In this document: positions 8,992 through 18,217 of the stretch, piece by piece
Numbering within the stretch: the first letter of the stretch is position 1
Layout: each line of letters begins with the position of its first letter
DNA from: an uncultured Chloroflexia bacterium
GTDB lineage: Bacteria; Chloroflexota; Limnocylindria; Limnocylindrales; CSP1-4
Assembly (NCBI GenBank): GCA_963766675.1
Contig: CAVYBA010000002.1
Coordinates: 2,170,806 to 2,234,805, forward strand
DNA length: 64,000 nt
Direction: 5' to 3'
Made by a program: the position numbers and the translations under genes
Notes under the pieces: model-generated
The model's database searches: none
The model's input: only the letters and a program-made list of their open reading frames with translations
Told to the model about the DNA's origin: nothing

Positions 8992-10451
8992 GCATGACGC
9001 AGCCCACGGCAGGGCCCCGGACGCCGTTCGGCACTTCGAATTGGGGCCGAATGTCACCTCCGGTCGACGGCTCCGGCCGCCACGATCCGGAGATGGACAC
9101 GACTTCGCAGGACACCCTGCCAACCGCCGATCTCGATGACGTCGACCTCTCGCGCCGCCGGTTCCTGCGCAACGCTGCGCTGACCGGCGGCGGCCTGGTC
9201 GCCGCTGCAGGACTGGCCGCGTGCGCGCCGGCTGCCGGTCAGGCGTGGACCTTCGGGCCGGCGCTGGCCGCCGGAAGCGCCGCGCCGAGCGCCGCGCCGA
9301 GCTCGGCGGCCGCGACGGCGACGGCCGCAGCGAGCATGTCGATGGAGCCGGCACCGACAGCCTCCGCGTCGAGCTCGCCAGGCGCGTCGACCGACAACCT
9401 CCCGGCCGGCTGGACCGAGCACGACATCGCCGCACGGAACAAGATCCAGCGCTACCTCGGCAACCTGGTTCCGGCGCTCAAGGACGTCTATGGGCCGGCT
9501 GCGTTCGCGAAGTTCGCCGACATGCTGGCCGCCGCCGAGAACTATCCCGAACTCGGCCAGAAGCCGGCCTTCGCGCAGGTTCCGCAACTCGTCCTGAACG
9601 ATGCGGTCAAGCCGCTCACCCCGACGCTCGACGGGGCGGTCAAGGTCTTCAACCTGACCATCGACGAGATCGAGCAGCACATCGACGAACTGATGCCGCC
9701 GGTCGCCGGGCTCGGCTACAACGCACAGTGGCCCGGCCCGACCATCCGCGTGACCGAGGGCGACAAGGTCCGGGCGATCTTCAGGAACAACCTCAAGGAA
9801 ACGACGAGCGTCCACTTCCACGGTGTCGAGTTCGACGACTTCTTCCAGGACGGCGTCCCCTTCGTGAACCAGAAGCCATTCGCGCCGGGTGAGAGCTGGA
9901 CCTACGAGTTCACCGCCAGCCGGCCCGGCTCGCTGATGTACCACTCGCACCACAACGCCACCGACCAGGTCGGCCGCGGACTACTCGGCGCGTTCGTCGT
10001 CGATCCCAAGACCCCGACTTCGGACGACAAGATCGACCGCGACTACGTCTGGATCTCGAACGACGAACTTGGCGGGTTCACGATCAACGGCCACGGGTTC
10101 CCGGCCATCGTGCCGGTCCTCGGGGCGATCGGCGAGACCGTCCGGATCCGGTTCATGAACGAGGGAATCATGATGCACCCGTGGCACCTCCACGGGTACC
10201 GGATGAAGGTGGTGGCCCGCGACGGCTACCCGCTCGAGGGGGCGTCGTTCCATTGCGACACCCTGGGCGTCAACCCGGGCGAACGCTACGACGTCAACGT
10301 CGTCCTGGATCGCCCCGGCGTGTGGGCGTTCCACTGCCACATCCTGCCGCACGTCGAAGGCGCGGACGGGATGTTCGGCATGGTCAATACCCTCGTCGTC
10401 GTCCCCAAGAAGGAGCACGTCGACGCGATCGTGGCGGCCATCCTGGCCTAG
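8988..10451 (+). CDS. Tat-exported two-domain multicopper oxidase
   Basis: ATG overlaps the SCO1 stop (ATGA). Twin-arginine signal SRRRFLRNAAL. Cu ligand motifs HFHG, HSHHN, HPWHLHG and HCHILPHVEGADGMFGM. Only two cupredoxin-sized domains. Confidence 0.85.
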   Translation: MSMTQPTAGPRTPFGTSNWGRMSPPVDGSGRHDPEMDTTSQDTLPTADLDDVDLSRRRFLRNAALTGGGLVAAAGLAACAPAAGQAWTFGPALAAGSAAPSAAPSSAAATATAAASMSMEPAPTASASSSPGASTDNLPAGWTEHDIAARNKIQRYLGNLVPALKDVYGPAAFAKFADMLAAAENYPELGQKPAFAQVPQLVLNDAVKPLTPTLDGAVKVFNLTIDEIEQHIDELMPPVAGLGYNAQWPGPTIRVTEGDKVRAIFRNNLKETTSVHFHGVEFDDFFQDGVPFVNQKPFAPGESWTYEFTASRPGSLMYHSHHNATDQVGRGLLGAFVVDPKTPTSDDKIDRDYVWISNDELGGFTINGHGFPAIVPVLGAIGETVRIRFMNEGIMMHPWHLHGYRMKVVARDGYPLEGASFHCDTLGVNPGERYDVNVVLDRPGVWAFHCHILPHVEGADGMFGMVNTLVVVPKKEHVDAIVAAILA

Positions 10452-10903
10452 CTCACCTGGCGCCGGCTGAACCCGCCCGTTCCGCCCGACTCCGTCGCCA
10501 CTCCCCAATTCCGGGGCGCGGCGGCACCGCAGCCGGTGTCACCGCGAGGAGGAATGGTGGCGGCGGATGGTCGGGTTCGAGAGGATCCGCCGCTGGGCCG
10601 GGCCCCCCTCCCTGAGACCCGGGCGGGCCGACCAGATCCCCGCGCGCCACTGGAGCCACGGTTCTTGCGCGGAGCCAGCGATATCGTGTGACGCCCGCCG
10701 GGCGCGGCGGATCGCAGCCGTCGTCGTTCGCGTTACGGCGTGCTTGCATCGATGCGGTGGTGTCGGAACCTGATCCCGACCGCGGCGAGGAGCCACGGTC
10801 ATGCACCGATGGCACGTCGCGCGAGGCTACCGAAATCTCGACCTCGGCCCCACCCCGCCTCCACATGCGCTCCACAAGCGAACTCCAGCATTCGAGGCAG
10901 ATC

Positions 10904-10924
10904 GGATCCACCGATGGATCCACC
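10904..10924 (+). promoter_or_regulatory. Direct repeat GGATCCACC-GAT-GGATCCACC upstream of the membrane-protein/two-component operon
   Basis: Two identical 9-mers, 12 bp apart, 25 nt upstream of the ATG at 10949. OmpR-family regulators bind phased direct repeats. Confidence 0.25.
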
Positions 10925-10948
10925 AGGACTCTGAAGGAGCGCAATCTC

Positions 10949-11428
10949 ATGCGTCGCATCGTTCCCGCCATCCTGCTCGTCGCCATCCTGGCGATCGGAG
11001 GCGGACTCCTCGTGAACGCCGCCTACGACGCAGGCGTTCACAGCGCGGTCACCACCGCGGTGGCCAATGGCCAGACCGTCGCCCCCGTCGTCGTGCCGCC
11101 ATACGGCTTTGGCTACGGCTACGGCTGGCACCCGTTCGGCTGGGGCTTCTCGATCTTCGGCCTGCTGGCCGGGCTGTTCTTCCTGTTCATCATCTTCGGC
11201 CTGATCCGCGCCGTCTTCTGGGGCGGACGCCGGGGCTGGGGCCCGGGCGGCTGGGGTGGACCCGGCCACCACGGCCGCAGTTGGGACGCCCGATACGAGC
11301 GCAATCCGTGGATCGAGCGGTTCGGCCCGAGCTTCGAGGAGTGGCATCGGCAGGCCCACGGCAGTGGGACGAGCGCCGGATCATCCGCCGAGCCGCCGGC
11401 GTCGAATCAAGGTTCGACACCGGCCTGA
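10949..11428 (+). CDS. small membrane protein with Gly/Trp/Arg-rich cytoplasmic tail (hypothetical)
   Basis: ORF trimmed to the ATG at 10949, preceded by GAAGGAG. Two predicted TM helices (ILLVAILAIGGGLLV; FSIFGLLAGLFFLFIIFGLI). Tail is GWGPGGWGGPGHHGRSWDARYERNPW. Confidence 0.6.
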   Translation: MRRIVPAILLVAILAIGGGLLVNAAYDAGVHSAVTTAVANGQTVAPVVVPPYGFGYGYGWHPFGWGFSIFGLLAGLFFLFIIFGLIRAVFWGGRRGWGPGGWGGPGHHGRSWDARYERNPWIERFGPSFEEWHRQAHGSGTSAGSSAEPPASNQGSTPA

Positions 11429-11515
11429 ACGCCACCGTCAACCGCGCCCTCGGACGATCTCGTCCGGGGGCGCATCCGTTGTCCGGGCACTCCCCGGGCT
11501 GAAGGCCGCACTACG

Positions 11516-12220
11516 ATGCCCTCGATGAAGACCATCCTCGTCGTCGACGACGAACCGAAGATCGCGCAGCTCGCCCGCGACTACCTCGAGCACGCGGGGT
11601 TCGAGGTGCTCATCGCCGGCGACGGGCCGGCGGCGCTGACCGCGGTTCGCCAGCGTCATCCCGACCTGGTGGTGCTCGACCTCGGGCTGCCGGGTCTCGA
11701 CGGGCTCGACGTGACGCGCCAACTGCGACGGGACTCGACCATCCCGATCGTGATGCTCACCGCGCGCGACGACGAGCTGGACAAGCTGCTCGGCCTCGAG
11801 CTCGGGGCCGACGACTACCTGACCAAGCCGTTCAGCCCGCGCGAGCTGGTCGCCCGCGTGCGCGCGGTGCTGCGGCGAACGGAGACGGCTGCCGCGCCGA
11901 GCGACCTGATCCGCGCCGGCGACCTGGTGCTGGACGTGCCGCGGATGCGGGTCGAGGTGGCCGGCAGGGCCGTCGAGCTGACCGCGACGGAGTTCGGGCT
12001 GCTCAAGACCCTGGCGGCCAGCCCCGGCCGGATCTTCACCCGGTCGCAGCTCCTCGACGAGATCCGCGGCGTCGCCTTCGAGTCGTACGAGCGGGCGATC
12101 GATTCGCACATCAAGAACCTGCGGCGCAAGCTCGAACCCGATCCGGGCGAGCCACGCTACGTCCTGACCGTGTACGGCGTCGGCTATCGATTCGCCGACG
12201 ATCGATCGGCGCGGCCGTGA
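11516..12220 (+). CDS. OmpR/PhoB-family response regulator
   Basis: Receiver domain (ILVVDDEP...DLVVLDLGLPGLDG...KP) plus winged-helix output (YVLTVYGVGYRF). Confidence 0.9.
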   Translation: MPSMKTILVVDDEPKIAQLARDYLEHAGFEVLIAGDGPAALTAVRQRHPDLVVLDLGLPGLDGLDVTRQLRRDSTIPIVMLTARDDELDKLLGLELGADDYLTKPFSPRELVARVRAVLRRTETAAAPSDLIRAGDLVLDVPRMRVEVAGRAVELTATEFGLLKTLAASPGRIFTRSQLLDEIRGVAFESYERAIDSHIKNLRRKLEPDPGEPRYVLTVYGVGYRFADDRSARP

Positions 12221-13518
12221 GCGATCCGAGAGAACCGAACGGCCCGGCCAGCCCGGGCGGCCGCGGCGAGCTGCATGGACCGGGCGACAACGGCGACCGT
12301 CATTCCGCGCGTGAGCCGGCGTGGCGGCCGGGCCCGCCCTGGCGCGAACACGAGGATCAGCGGAACCCGTTCTGGAGTGGCGGCGGCGATCCTCGCGACC
12401 CGTCGTGGTCGTGGCGGGCCGACCGAGGACGCTACGGGCCGTGGGATCGGCGCGACCAGAGATATCGCGAGATGCGCCTCCGCGCCCGGCTGTATCGCCG
12501 CTCCCAGGCCCAGGGCGCGCCGTGGCATCGGCGCCAGGGGTTCGGCTGCATCTTCGCCATCCTGTTCCTGATCGTCGTCGGCTCGATCGTCACCGCAACG
12601 GCGACCGTCCTCTCGCAGCTCGGCCCGATCCCCGTGGTGATCGCCGTCCTGGCGGTCGTCGCCATCGCGGCCGCGCTGCTCCGGGGAGTGGCCGGTGCCG
12701 CACGCGATCTCGACGCGATGCTGACCGCTACCCGCCGGGTCCAGGATGGCGATTACAGCGTGCGACTCGGGTCCACCCGCTCCGATCTCGCCCCGATCCA
12801 GGAGCTGGCCCGCGGCTTCGACACCATGACCGCCCGGCTCGAGGCCGACGAGGAGCAGCGCCGAACGCTGCTCGCCGACGTCAGCCACGAGCTCCGGACG
12901 CCGCTCACGGTGATCACCGGCAACCTCGAGGCGATCGTCGACGGCGTCCATCCGCCGGACCGGGACCATCTCGGCTCGATCCTCGACGAGACCCGGGTCA
13001 TGGAGCGACTGATCGAGGACCTGCGGACCGTCAGCCTGTCGGAAGCGGGCACGCTCGCGCTCCACCCGGAGCCGACCGACCCGGATGTCCTGATCGGCGA
13101 GGTCCTGCATGCGTTCGGACCCGGCGCGACGTCGGCCGGCGTGACCCTCGCGTCCGGCTCGACGGAGGACCTGCCGATCCTCGACGTCGACCCGGTCCGG
13201 ATCCGAGAGGTGCTGTCGAACCTCGTCGCCAATGCCCTGCGGCACACACCCGCCGGCGGTCGGATCACCGTCGGGGGCGCGGTCACGCCGACGACGGTCG
13301 TCCTATCCGTCAGCGATACGGGACCGGGCATCGACCCGGAGCTGCTGCCGCACGTCTTCGACCGGTTTGTCAAGGGCGCCGGATCGCGCGGCTCGGGGCT
13401 CGGCCTGGCGATCGCCCGGGGGTTGGTCGAAGCCCACGGCGGAACGATCGCCGTGCAGTCGCCGGCCGGTGGCGGGACCACGTTCCGGTTCGAGCTGCCG
13501 CGGACCGGCGAGGGCTGA
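12217..13518 (+). CDS. sensor histidine kinase (intramembrane-sensing type) with long W/R/P-rich N-terminal region
   Basis: GTG overlaps the regulator stop (GTGA). Two adjacent TM helices with almost no loop between them. HAMP domain, H-box SHELRTPLT, N-box NLVANALRHT, G-boxes DTGPGI and GSGLGLAI. Confidence 0.88.
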   Translation: MSDPREPNGPASPGGRGELHGPGDNGDRHSAREPAWRPGPPWREHEDQRNPFWSGGGDPRDPSWSWRADRGRYGPWDRRDQRYREMRLRARLYRRSQAQGAPWHRRQGFGCIFAILFLIVVGSIVTATATVLSQLGPIPVVIAVLAVVAIAAALLRGVAGAARDLDAMLTATRRVQDGDYSVRLGSTRSDLAPIQELARGFDTMTARLEADEEQRRTLLADVSHELRTPLTVITGNLEAIVDGVHPPDRDHLGSILDETRVMERLIEDLRTVSLSEAGTLALHPEPTDPDVLIGEVLHAFGPGATSAGVTLASGSTEDLPILDVDPVRIREVLSNLVANALRHTPAGGRITVGGAVTPTTVVLSVSDTGPGIDPELLPHVFDRFVKGAGSRGSGLGLAIARGLVEAHGGTIAVQSPAGGGTTFRFELPRTGEG

Positions 13519-13541
13519 CACCGAGCGGCTATCCTCGTCGG

Positions 13542-14648
13542 GTGAGCACCATCCGGGCTGCGATCCTGCGCACGAGCGGGTCGCCCGCGGCGATCGAAGA
13601 CGTCGCGATCGCCGAGCCAGCCGCCGGGGAGGTCCGCGTCCGGGTGCAAGGATCCGGCGTCTGCCACTCGGATCTCCATGTTCGCGACGGCGAGTGGCCC
13701 CGGCCGCTCCCGATGGCGATGGGCCACGAAGGGGCGGGCGTCGTCGAGGCGGTCGGCCCGGGCACCTCGTTGCAGGTTGGCCAGCCGGTGGCCCTGTCCT
13801 GGCTCGTCCCGTGCGGTCGGTGCCGGTCGTGCCAGGCCGGTCGACCGTGGGCGTGCCCGGATTCGCCCTCGTTCGCGCATCGACTGCCGGGCGGCGCGGC
13901 GGCGCTTTCCGGGTCCGATGGGCGGCCGGTCATGTCGTATTGCGGGATCGGGACGATGGCCGAGGCGACGGTGGTCCCGGAGGCAGCCGCGATCCCGCTC
14001 CCGGATGGGGTGGACCCGGCCGTCGCCGCCCTGATCGGCTGCTGCGTGTCGACCGGCGTCGGTGCGGTGACCAAGACGGCTGCGGTGCCCGCGGGCTCGA
14101 GCGTCGCGATCATCGGATTGGGCGGTGTCGGCCTGTCGTGCGTGATGGGCGCGGTGCTTGCCGGCGCCGCCCGGATCGTGGCCATCGACCGCGTCCCCGC
14201 CAAGCTCGAGGTGGCTCGCGACCTCGGCGCCACGGACGGACTCGTCGCGACCGACGATCGCGCGGCGACGATCGCAGGGCTGCGCGAGCTGACCGACGGG
14301 GGCCCTGACTTCGTGTTCGAGGCGATTGGCCGAGTGTCCACCGTCGAGCTCGCGATCGAGAGCCTGCCGATCGGCGGTGCGGCCGTCCTGGTCGGCCTGA
14401 CCGCGTTCGAGGCTCGCTCCTCGTTCGGGGTGTATCCGCTGGTCGATGGCGCGCGGCGGATCCTCGGGTCCAACTACGGCTTCGCCGATCCGGCCGTCGA
14501 CTTCCCCCGCTATGCCGCGCTCCACCTCGCCGGCCGGCTCCCGATCGATCGGCTCATCGACCGCCGGATCGGCCTCGACGAACTCGAGCCCGCGTTCGAT
14601 CGGCTGCGGTCAGGCCAAGGCCTACGACAGGTCGTGGTCTTCCCGTAG
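13542..14648 (+). CDS. zinc-dependent alcohol dehydrogenase family oxidoreductase
   Basis: ORF trimmed to the GTG at 13542 (VSTIRAAILR...). Zn motif GVCHSDLH and GHEGAGVVE. Rossmann motif GLGGVG. Confidence 0.85.
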   Translation: MSTIRAAILRTSGSPAAIEDVAIAEPAAGEVRVRVQGSGVCHSDLHVRDGEWPRPLPMAMGHEGAGVVEAVGPGTSLQVGQPVALSWLVPCGRCRSCQAGRPWACPDSPSFAHRLPGGAAALSGSDGRPVMSYCGIGTMAEATVVPEAAAIPLPDGVDPAVAALIGCCVSTGVGAVTKTAAVPAGSSVAIIGLGGVGLSCVMGAVLAGAARIVAIDRVPAKLEVARDLGATDGLVATDDRAATIAGLRELTDGGPDFVFEAIGRVSTVELAIESLPIGGAAVLVGLTAFEARSSFGVYPLVDGARRILGSNYGFADPAVDFPRYAALHLAGRLPIDRLIDRRIGLDELEPAFDRLRSGQGLRQVVVFP

Positions 14649-14656
14649 GGGCGAGC

Positions 14657-14678
14657 GCCGGCCGGGCCCACGGCCGGC
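14657..14678 (+). terminator. GC-rich hairpin just after the ADH stop
   Basis: GCCGGCCG-GGCCCA-CGGCCGGC (8-bp stem) followed by TT. No long U-tract. Confidence 0.35.
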
Positions 14679-14705
14679 TTGATGTCCCGCGGCGACATGA
14701 CCTGA

Positions 14706-14731
14706 GATCGTTCGAACCAAGCTGAACGATC
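14706..14731. terminator. hairpin in the convergent ADH / NDH-2 intergenic region
   Basis: GATCGTTC-N10-GAACGATC, 8-bp stem, locally lower GC. Possibly a bidirectional terminator. Confidence 0.3.
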
Positions 14732-14862
14732 CGCTCGATCGGCACAGTCCAGGCACGCCCGAGCGAGTGCCGAGAGACAGCCGGAGGGCCCAAACGCGCT
14801 CACGCATCGGGTTGGACACGTCCGTCGTCGCGATCCAGGAGATCGGTTCGGTTTGCGCCGAA

Positions 14863-16341
14863 CTATCGGGGGGCGGCGCCGGAGGAGGGCCGCGACCCCG
14901 AGCTCTCGCCCGACCCCGAGCCCCCGCCCGACCCCGAGCTCTCGCCCGGCCCGTCGTCTGCCGGCGTTGACGACCCGGGCAGGTCCCCGGGCTCGATCGG
15001 CGCGAGGACCGGTGGTTCCGGCTCCTCGATCGGTGGAAGGAGCGCCTTCCCGGTGATCAGTCGAGTCCCGCGGCCATGGGTCAGGAAGCTCCACGCCCAG
15101 CGGATGAGCACGACCAGGCGGTTGGAGAACCCGATCAGGTACAGGATGTGGATCCCCAGCCAGAGGGCCCAGGCCGGGAAGCCGCTCTGCCGCCCGAATG
15201 GCCCCAGCCAGCCGATGTTGGTGACGCCGGCCAGCCGGCCGATCACCGCGACATCGCCGCGGTCGCTGTAGCGGAACGGCTTGACCGGCCGGCGCAGGAT
15301 CCGTCGCCGGATGACGCCGGCCGCGTACTTGCCACCCTGGATGGCGCCTTGTGCCACGCCGGGCGTCGGCCGGCCCGGTTTCCAGGGCTCAACGGCCGCG
15401 TCGCCGACCACGAAGATCTCCGGGTGGCCGGGGATCGTCAGGTCCGGCTCGACGATCACCCGGCCGGCGCGGTCCGTCGCCGCGCCGATCGCCGAAGCCA
15501 CCGTCTTCGCAAACGACGAGGCGGTCACGCCGGCCGCCCAGAGAACGGTCCTGGACGGGATCTCCGAGGCGGTGCCGTCGGCCCCGACGACCGTCACGAA
15601 CCGCTCGGTGACGTCGACGACCTTGGTCTTCGTCCGGACCTCGACCCCGAGACGCTCGAGCTGGCGCTGTGCGGATCGAGACCGGTCCGGCGGATAGGGC
15701 GGCAGGATCCGGTCCAGTGCCTCGACCAGGACGATCTTCGCCTCGCCCGAGCGGATCGCCCGGAAGTCCCGCTTGAGCGTGTCGTGGGCGATCTCCCCAA
15801 GGGCACCAGCGAGCTCGACCCCGGTCGGGCCGCCGCCGACCACGAGGAACGTCATCCACTCTCGCCGTCGTTCCGCATCGGCTTCCCGCTCCGCCGCTTC
15901 GAACGCGATGAGGATCCGACGCCGGATCTCGGTCGCATCCTCGATGGTCTTGAGGCCGGGGGCCAGGGCCGCCCACTCCGGGTGGTCGAAATACGAGTGA
16001 TGAGCCCCGGTGGCCACGATCAGGCTGTCGTAGGCGATCGGTCCGCCGTCGGCAAGGAGGACCTCGCGACGCTCGGGATCGAGCCCGACGGCCTCGCCGA
16101 GGATCACCGTCGTATTCCGTTGGCGACGCAGCACCGAGCGGAGAGGCTGGGCGATCTCGCCGGGTGACAACGCCCCGGTCGCGACCTGGTACAGCAGCGG
16201 CTGGAACAGGTGGAAGTTGCGCCGATCGACCAGGGTCAGCCGGACCTCGGGATCGATCCCGAGGCTGCGGGCCGCATACAGCCCGCCAAACCCGCCCCCC
16301 ACGATGGCGACGCGATGCGGGAGGCGCGGGACGTCGCTCAT
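14863..16341 (-). CDS. ndh: type II NADH:quinone oxidoreductase (NDH-2) with Gly/Ser-rich C-terminal tail
   Basis: 492 aa. Dinucleotide folds VAIVGGGFGG and VVGGGPTGVELAG. C-terminal amphipathic/membrane segment followed by a GESSGS-type repeat tail. Confidence 0.88.
   Translation of the reverse strand: MSDVPRLPHRVAIVGGGFGGLYAARSLGIDPEVRLTLVDRRNFHLFQPLLYQVATGALSPGEIAQPLRSVLRRQRNTTVILGEAVGLDPERREVLLADGGPIAYDSLIVATGAHHSYFDHPEWAALAPGLKTIEDATEIRRRILIAFEAAEREADAERRREWMTFLVVGGGPTGVELAGALGEIAHDTLKRDFRAIRSGEAKIVLVEALDRILPPYPPDRSRSAQRQLERLGVEVRTKTKVVDVTERFVTVVGADGTASEIPSRTVLWAAGVTASSFAKTVASAIGAATDRAGRVIVEPDLTIPGHPEIFVVGDAAVEPWKPGRPTPGVAQGAIQGGKYAAGVIRRRILRRPVKPFRYSDRGDVAVIGRLAGVTNIGWLGPFGRQSGFPAWALWLGIHILYLIGFSNRLVVLIRWAWSFLTHGRGTRLITGKALLPPIEEPEPPVLAPIEPGDLPGSSTPADDGPGESSGSGGGSGSGESSGSRPSSGAAPR
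14893..14946. repeat. 18-bp tandem repeat x3 inside the NDH-2 3' end
   Basis: CGACCCCGAGCTCTCGCC / CGACCCCGAGCCCCCGCC / CGACCCCGAGCTCTCGCC, read directly. It encodes hexapeptide repeats GESSGS/GGGSGS. Confidence 0.9.
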
Positions 16342-16350
16342 GTCCGAATC

Positions 16351-17604
16351 CTAGCCGGTCGCCGGGCTCGCGTGGCGAATCGAGTAGGCGGCGAGACCCG
16401 GGAACCAGCGGACGACGGCGATCACGCCGATCAGGCAGAGCACGCCGCCGGATACCACCGCCGCCTGCGGCCCGACCAGCGCCGCCACGCCGGCCGCCTC
16501 CATGTCGCCGAGCCGCGGACCGCTGGTCACGACCAGGCCGTGGATCGACATGATCCGACCGCGCAGGCCGTCAGGCGTCTCGAGCTGGACGAGGGTCGAG
16601 CGGAAGACCGCCGAGAAGACATCCGCCGCACCGGCCGCGGCCAGGCAGACGAGGGCCAGCGGGAACGAGAAGGTGACCAGCCCGAACGCCGTGATCGCCA
16701 GCCCCCAGCCGACCACGGCGACCACGACGGCTCGCCCGATCCCGGTGACCGCGGACACCCAGCCGGACAGCAGGGCGCCGAAGAAGGCGCCCACCGCCGG
16801 CGCGGCCGCGAGCAGCCCAAACCCCGCCGGTCCGGTCTTGAACACGTCGAGCGCGAGGACCGGGAACAGCGAGGTCGGCATCCCGAAGACCATCGCGTCG
16901 AGGTCGATCACGAAGCTGCCCAGGATCGCCCGCCGCTCGCGCGCGAAGCGGAGGCCCTCGGCGATGGCCGCCAGCCCGGGCCGGGCCGCATCCTGCAGCG
17001 GCCGGATCGGCCCGATCGCGAGCAAGGCGGTGAGCGACGCGATGAACGACACCACGTCGACCGCATACGCACCGGCGATGCCGACCGTAGCGATCAACAC
17101 TCCGCCGGCTGCCGGACCGACGATCGATGCGGTCTGGAAGTTGAGCTGGTTGAGCGCGATCGCGGCGGGCAACCGCTCCTTGGGGACGAGCCGCGGGATG
17201 GCCGAGGCGCGCGTCGGCTGGTCGACGGCTCCCAGGCCGGCCGCCACGAACGCGACCGCGAAGAGCGCGGGCAGGGCCGGCTGGCTGCCCAGGGCGAGGA
17301 TCGTCAAGGCGATGCTGCAGCCCGCCAGACCGGTCTGCGTGACCATCAGCAGCCGGCGCCGATCGACGGCATCGGCCAGCGATCCGGCACCGAGCGCGAA
17401 CAGCAGGATCGGGACGAGCTGGAACAGCGTCAGCGCGCCGATCGCCAGGGTCGACCCGGTCAGGACGTACACCTGGAACGGGAGGACCACCCGAGTGATC
17501 TGGTTGCCCATCCCCGAGATCACCTGACCCGACCACAGCCAGCGGAAGTCGCGGTCACGACGAATCGGCGCGACATCGAGGAAGAAGCGACGGACGCCCG
17601 TCAC
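16351..17604 (-). CDS. MFS transporter (EntS/MFS_3-like)
   Basis: 417 aa, about 12 TM helices. The N-terminal RDFRWLWSGQVISGMGNQ motif is typical of this MFS subgroup. GTG start. Confidence 0.8.
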   Translation of the reverse strand: MTGVRRFFLDVAPIRRDRDFRWLWSGQVISGMGNQITRVVLPFQVYVLTGSTLAIGALTLFQLVPILLFALGAGSLADAVDRRRLLMVTQTGLAGCSIALTILALGSQPALPALFAVAFVAAGLGAVDQPTRASAIPRLVPKERLPAAIALNQLNFQTASIVGPAAGGVLIATVGIAGAYAVDVVSFIASLTALLAIGPIRPLQDAARPGLAAIAEGLRFARERRAILGSFVIDLDAMVFGMPTSLFPVLALDVFKTGPAGFGLLAAAPAVGAFFGALLSGWVSAVTGIGRAVVVAVVGWGLAITAFGLVTFSFPLALVCLAAAGAADVFSAVFRSTLVQLETPDGLRGRIMSIHGLVVTSGPRLGDMEAAGVAALVGPQAAVVSGGVLCLIGVIAVVRWFPGLAAYSIRHASPATG

Positions 17605-17629
17605 CCGGCGGGCCAGGGTTGTCTCGCGC

Positions 17630-18116
17630 CTATCGGCGGGCCTCGACGGCGTCGTCGGGCTTCGCTTCGGGCGGCGCCGTGATCAGCTCCGGCGTTCGAC
17701 CGGGACCGACCGCCACGGGCTGCGCCGATTTGCGCTCGGCCATCACCGGGACGCCCGGAGCGGGCTGCCCGGCACCGGCGACGGCGGCGAAGGGTGAGCC
17801 GGCTGGGACCTCCGACGGTGCCCGTCGAATGGCCGGCTGGTCGACGACGATCTCGATCTCCTCGGCTCGATCTCGCTCGAAACCGCAGCGGTAGCAGCGC
17901 GATGCACGGAGCTTGTTGACCGACCGGCAGTCGTGGCAGAACCCAGAACGGGGCGGCCTCCTCCACCGGGGCGGTCTGGGTCCTGCGGGCGACCCCGACC
18001 ATGCGATAGCCGATCAGCGCGGCCGTCGGTCCGGCGAGCAGGACGAGCGCGATCGCGACCGGCGGGATCGCGGCGAGCCCGCGCTGCAGCGAATCGACGA
18101 ACGCGCTCAGGTCCAT
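17630..18116 (-). pseudogene. membrane-anchored zinc-ribbon protein, reading frame broken by an apparent 1-nt indel
   Basis: The ATG frame gives a TM helix (IPPVAIALVLLAGPTAALIGY) and then Arg-rich nonsense. The +1 frame from about 17945 gives FCHDCRSVNKLRASRCYRCG (CxxC...CxxC) and an ordinary tail ending at the TAG at 17630. That frame has no start codon of its own. Confidence 0.5.
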
Positions 18117-18217
18117 CGCTCAGTCACCTTGGCGGAGGGTCCGCGTGGTTCTTCTCTCCGGCTGCATGGTACGACAGGTTTTCTCCTGTCCGGCGAGCGG
18201 CCCCCGGCCAGGCCCGT

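Noticed and set aside
18173-18190. Hairpin GACAGG-N6-CCTGTC after ppdK as an intrinsic terminator
   Set aside because: The stem is only 6 bp and no U-tract follows on the transcribed strand, so the signal is too weak to call.
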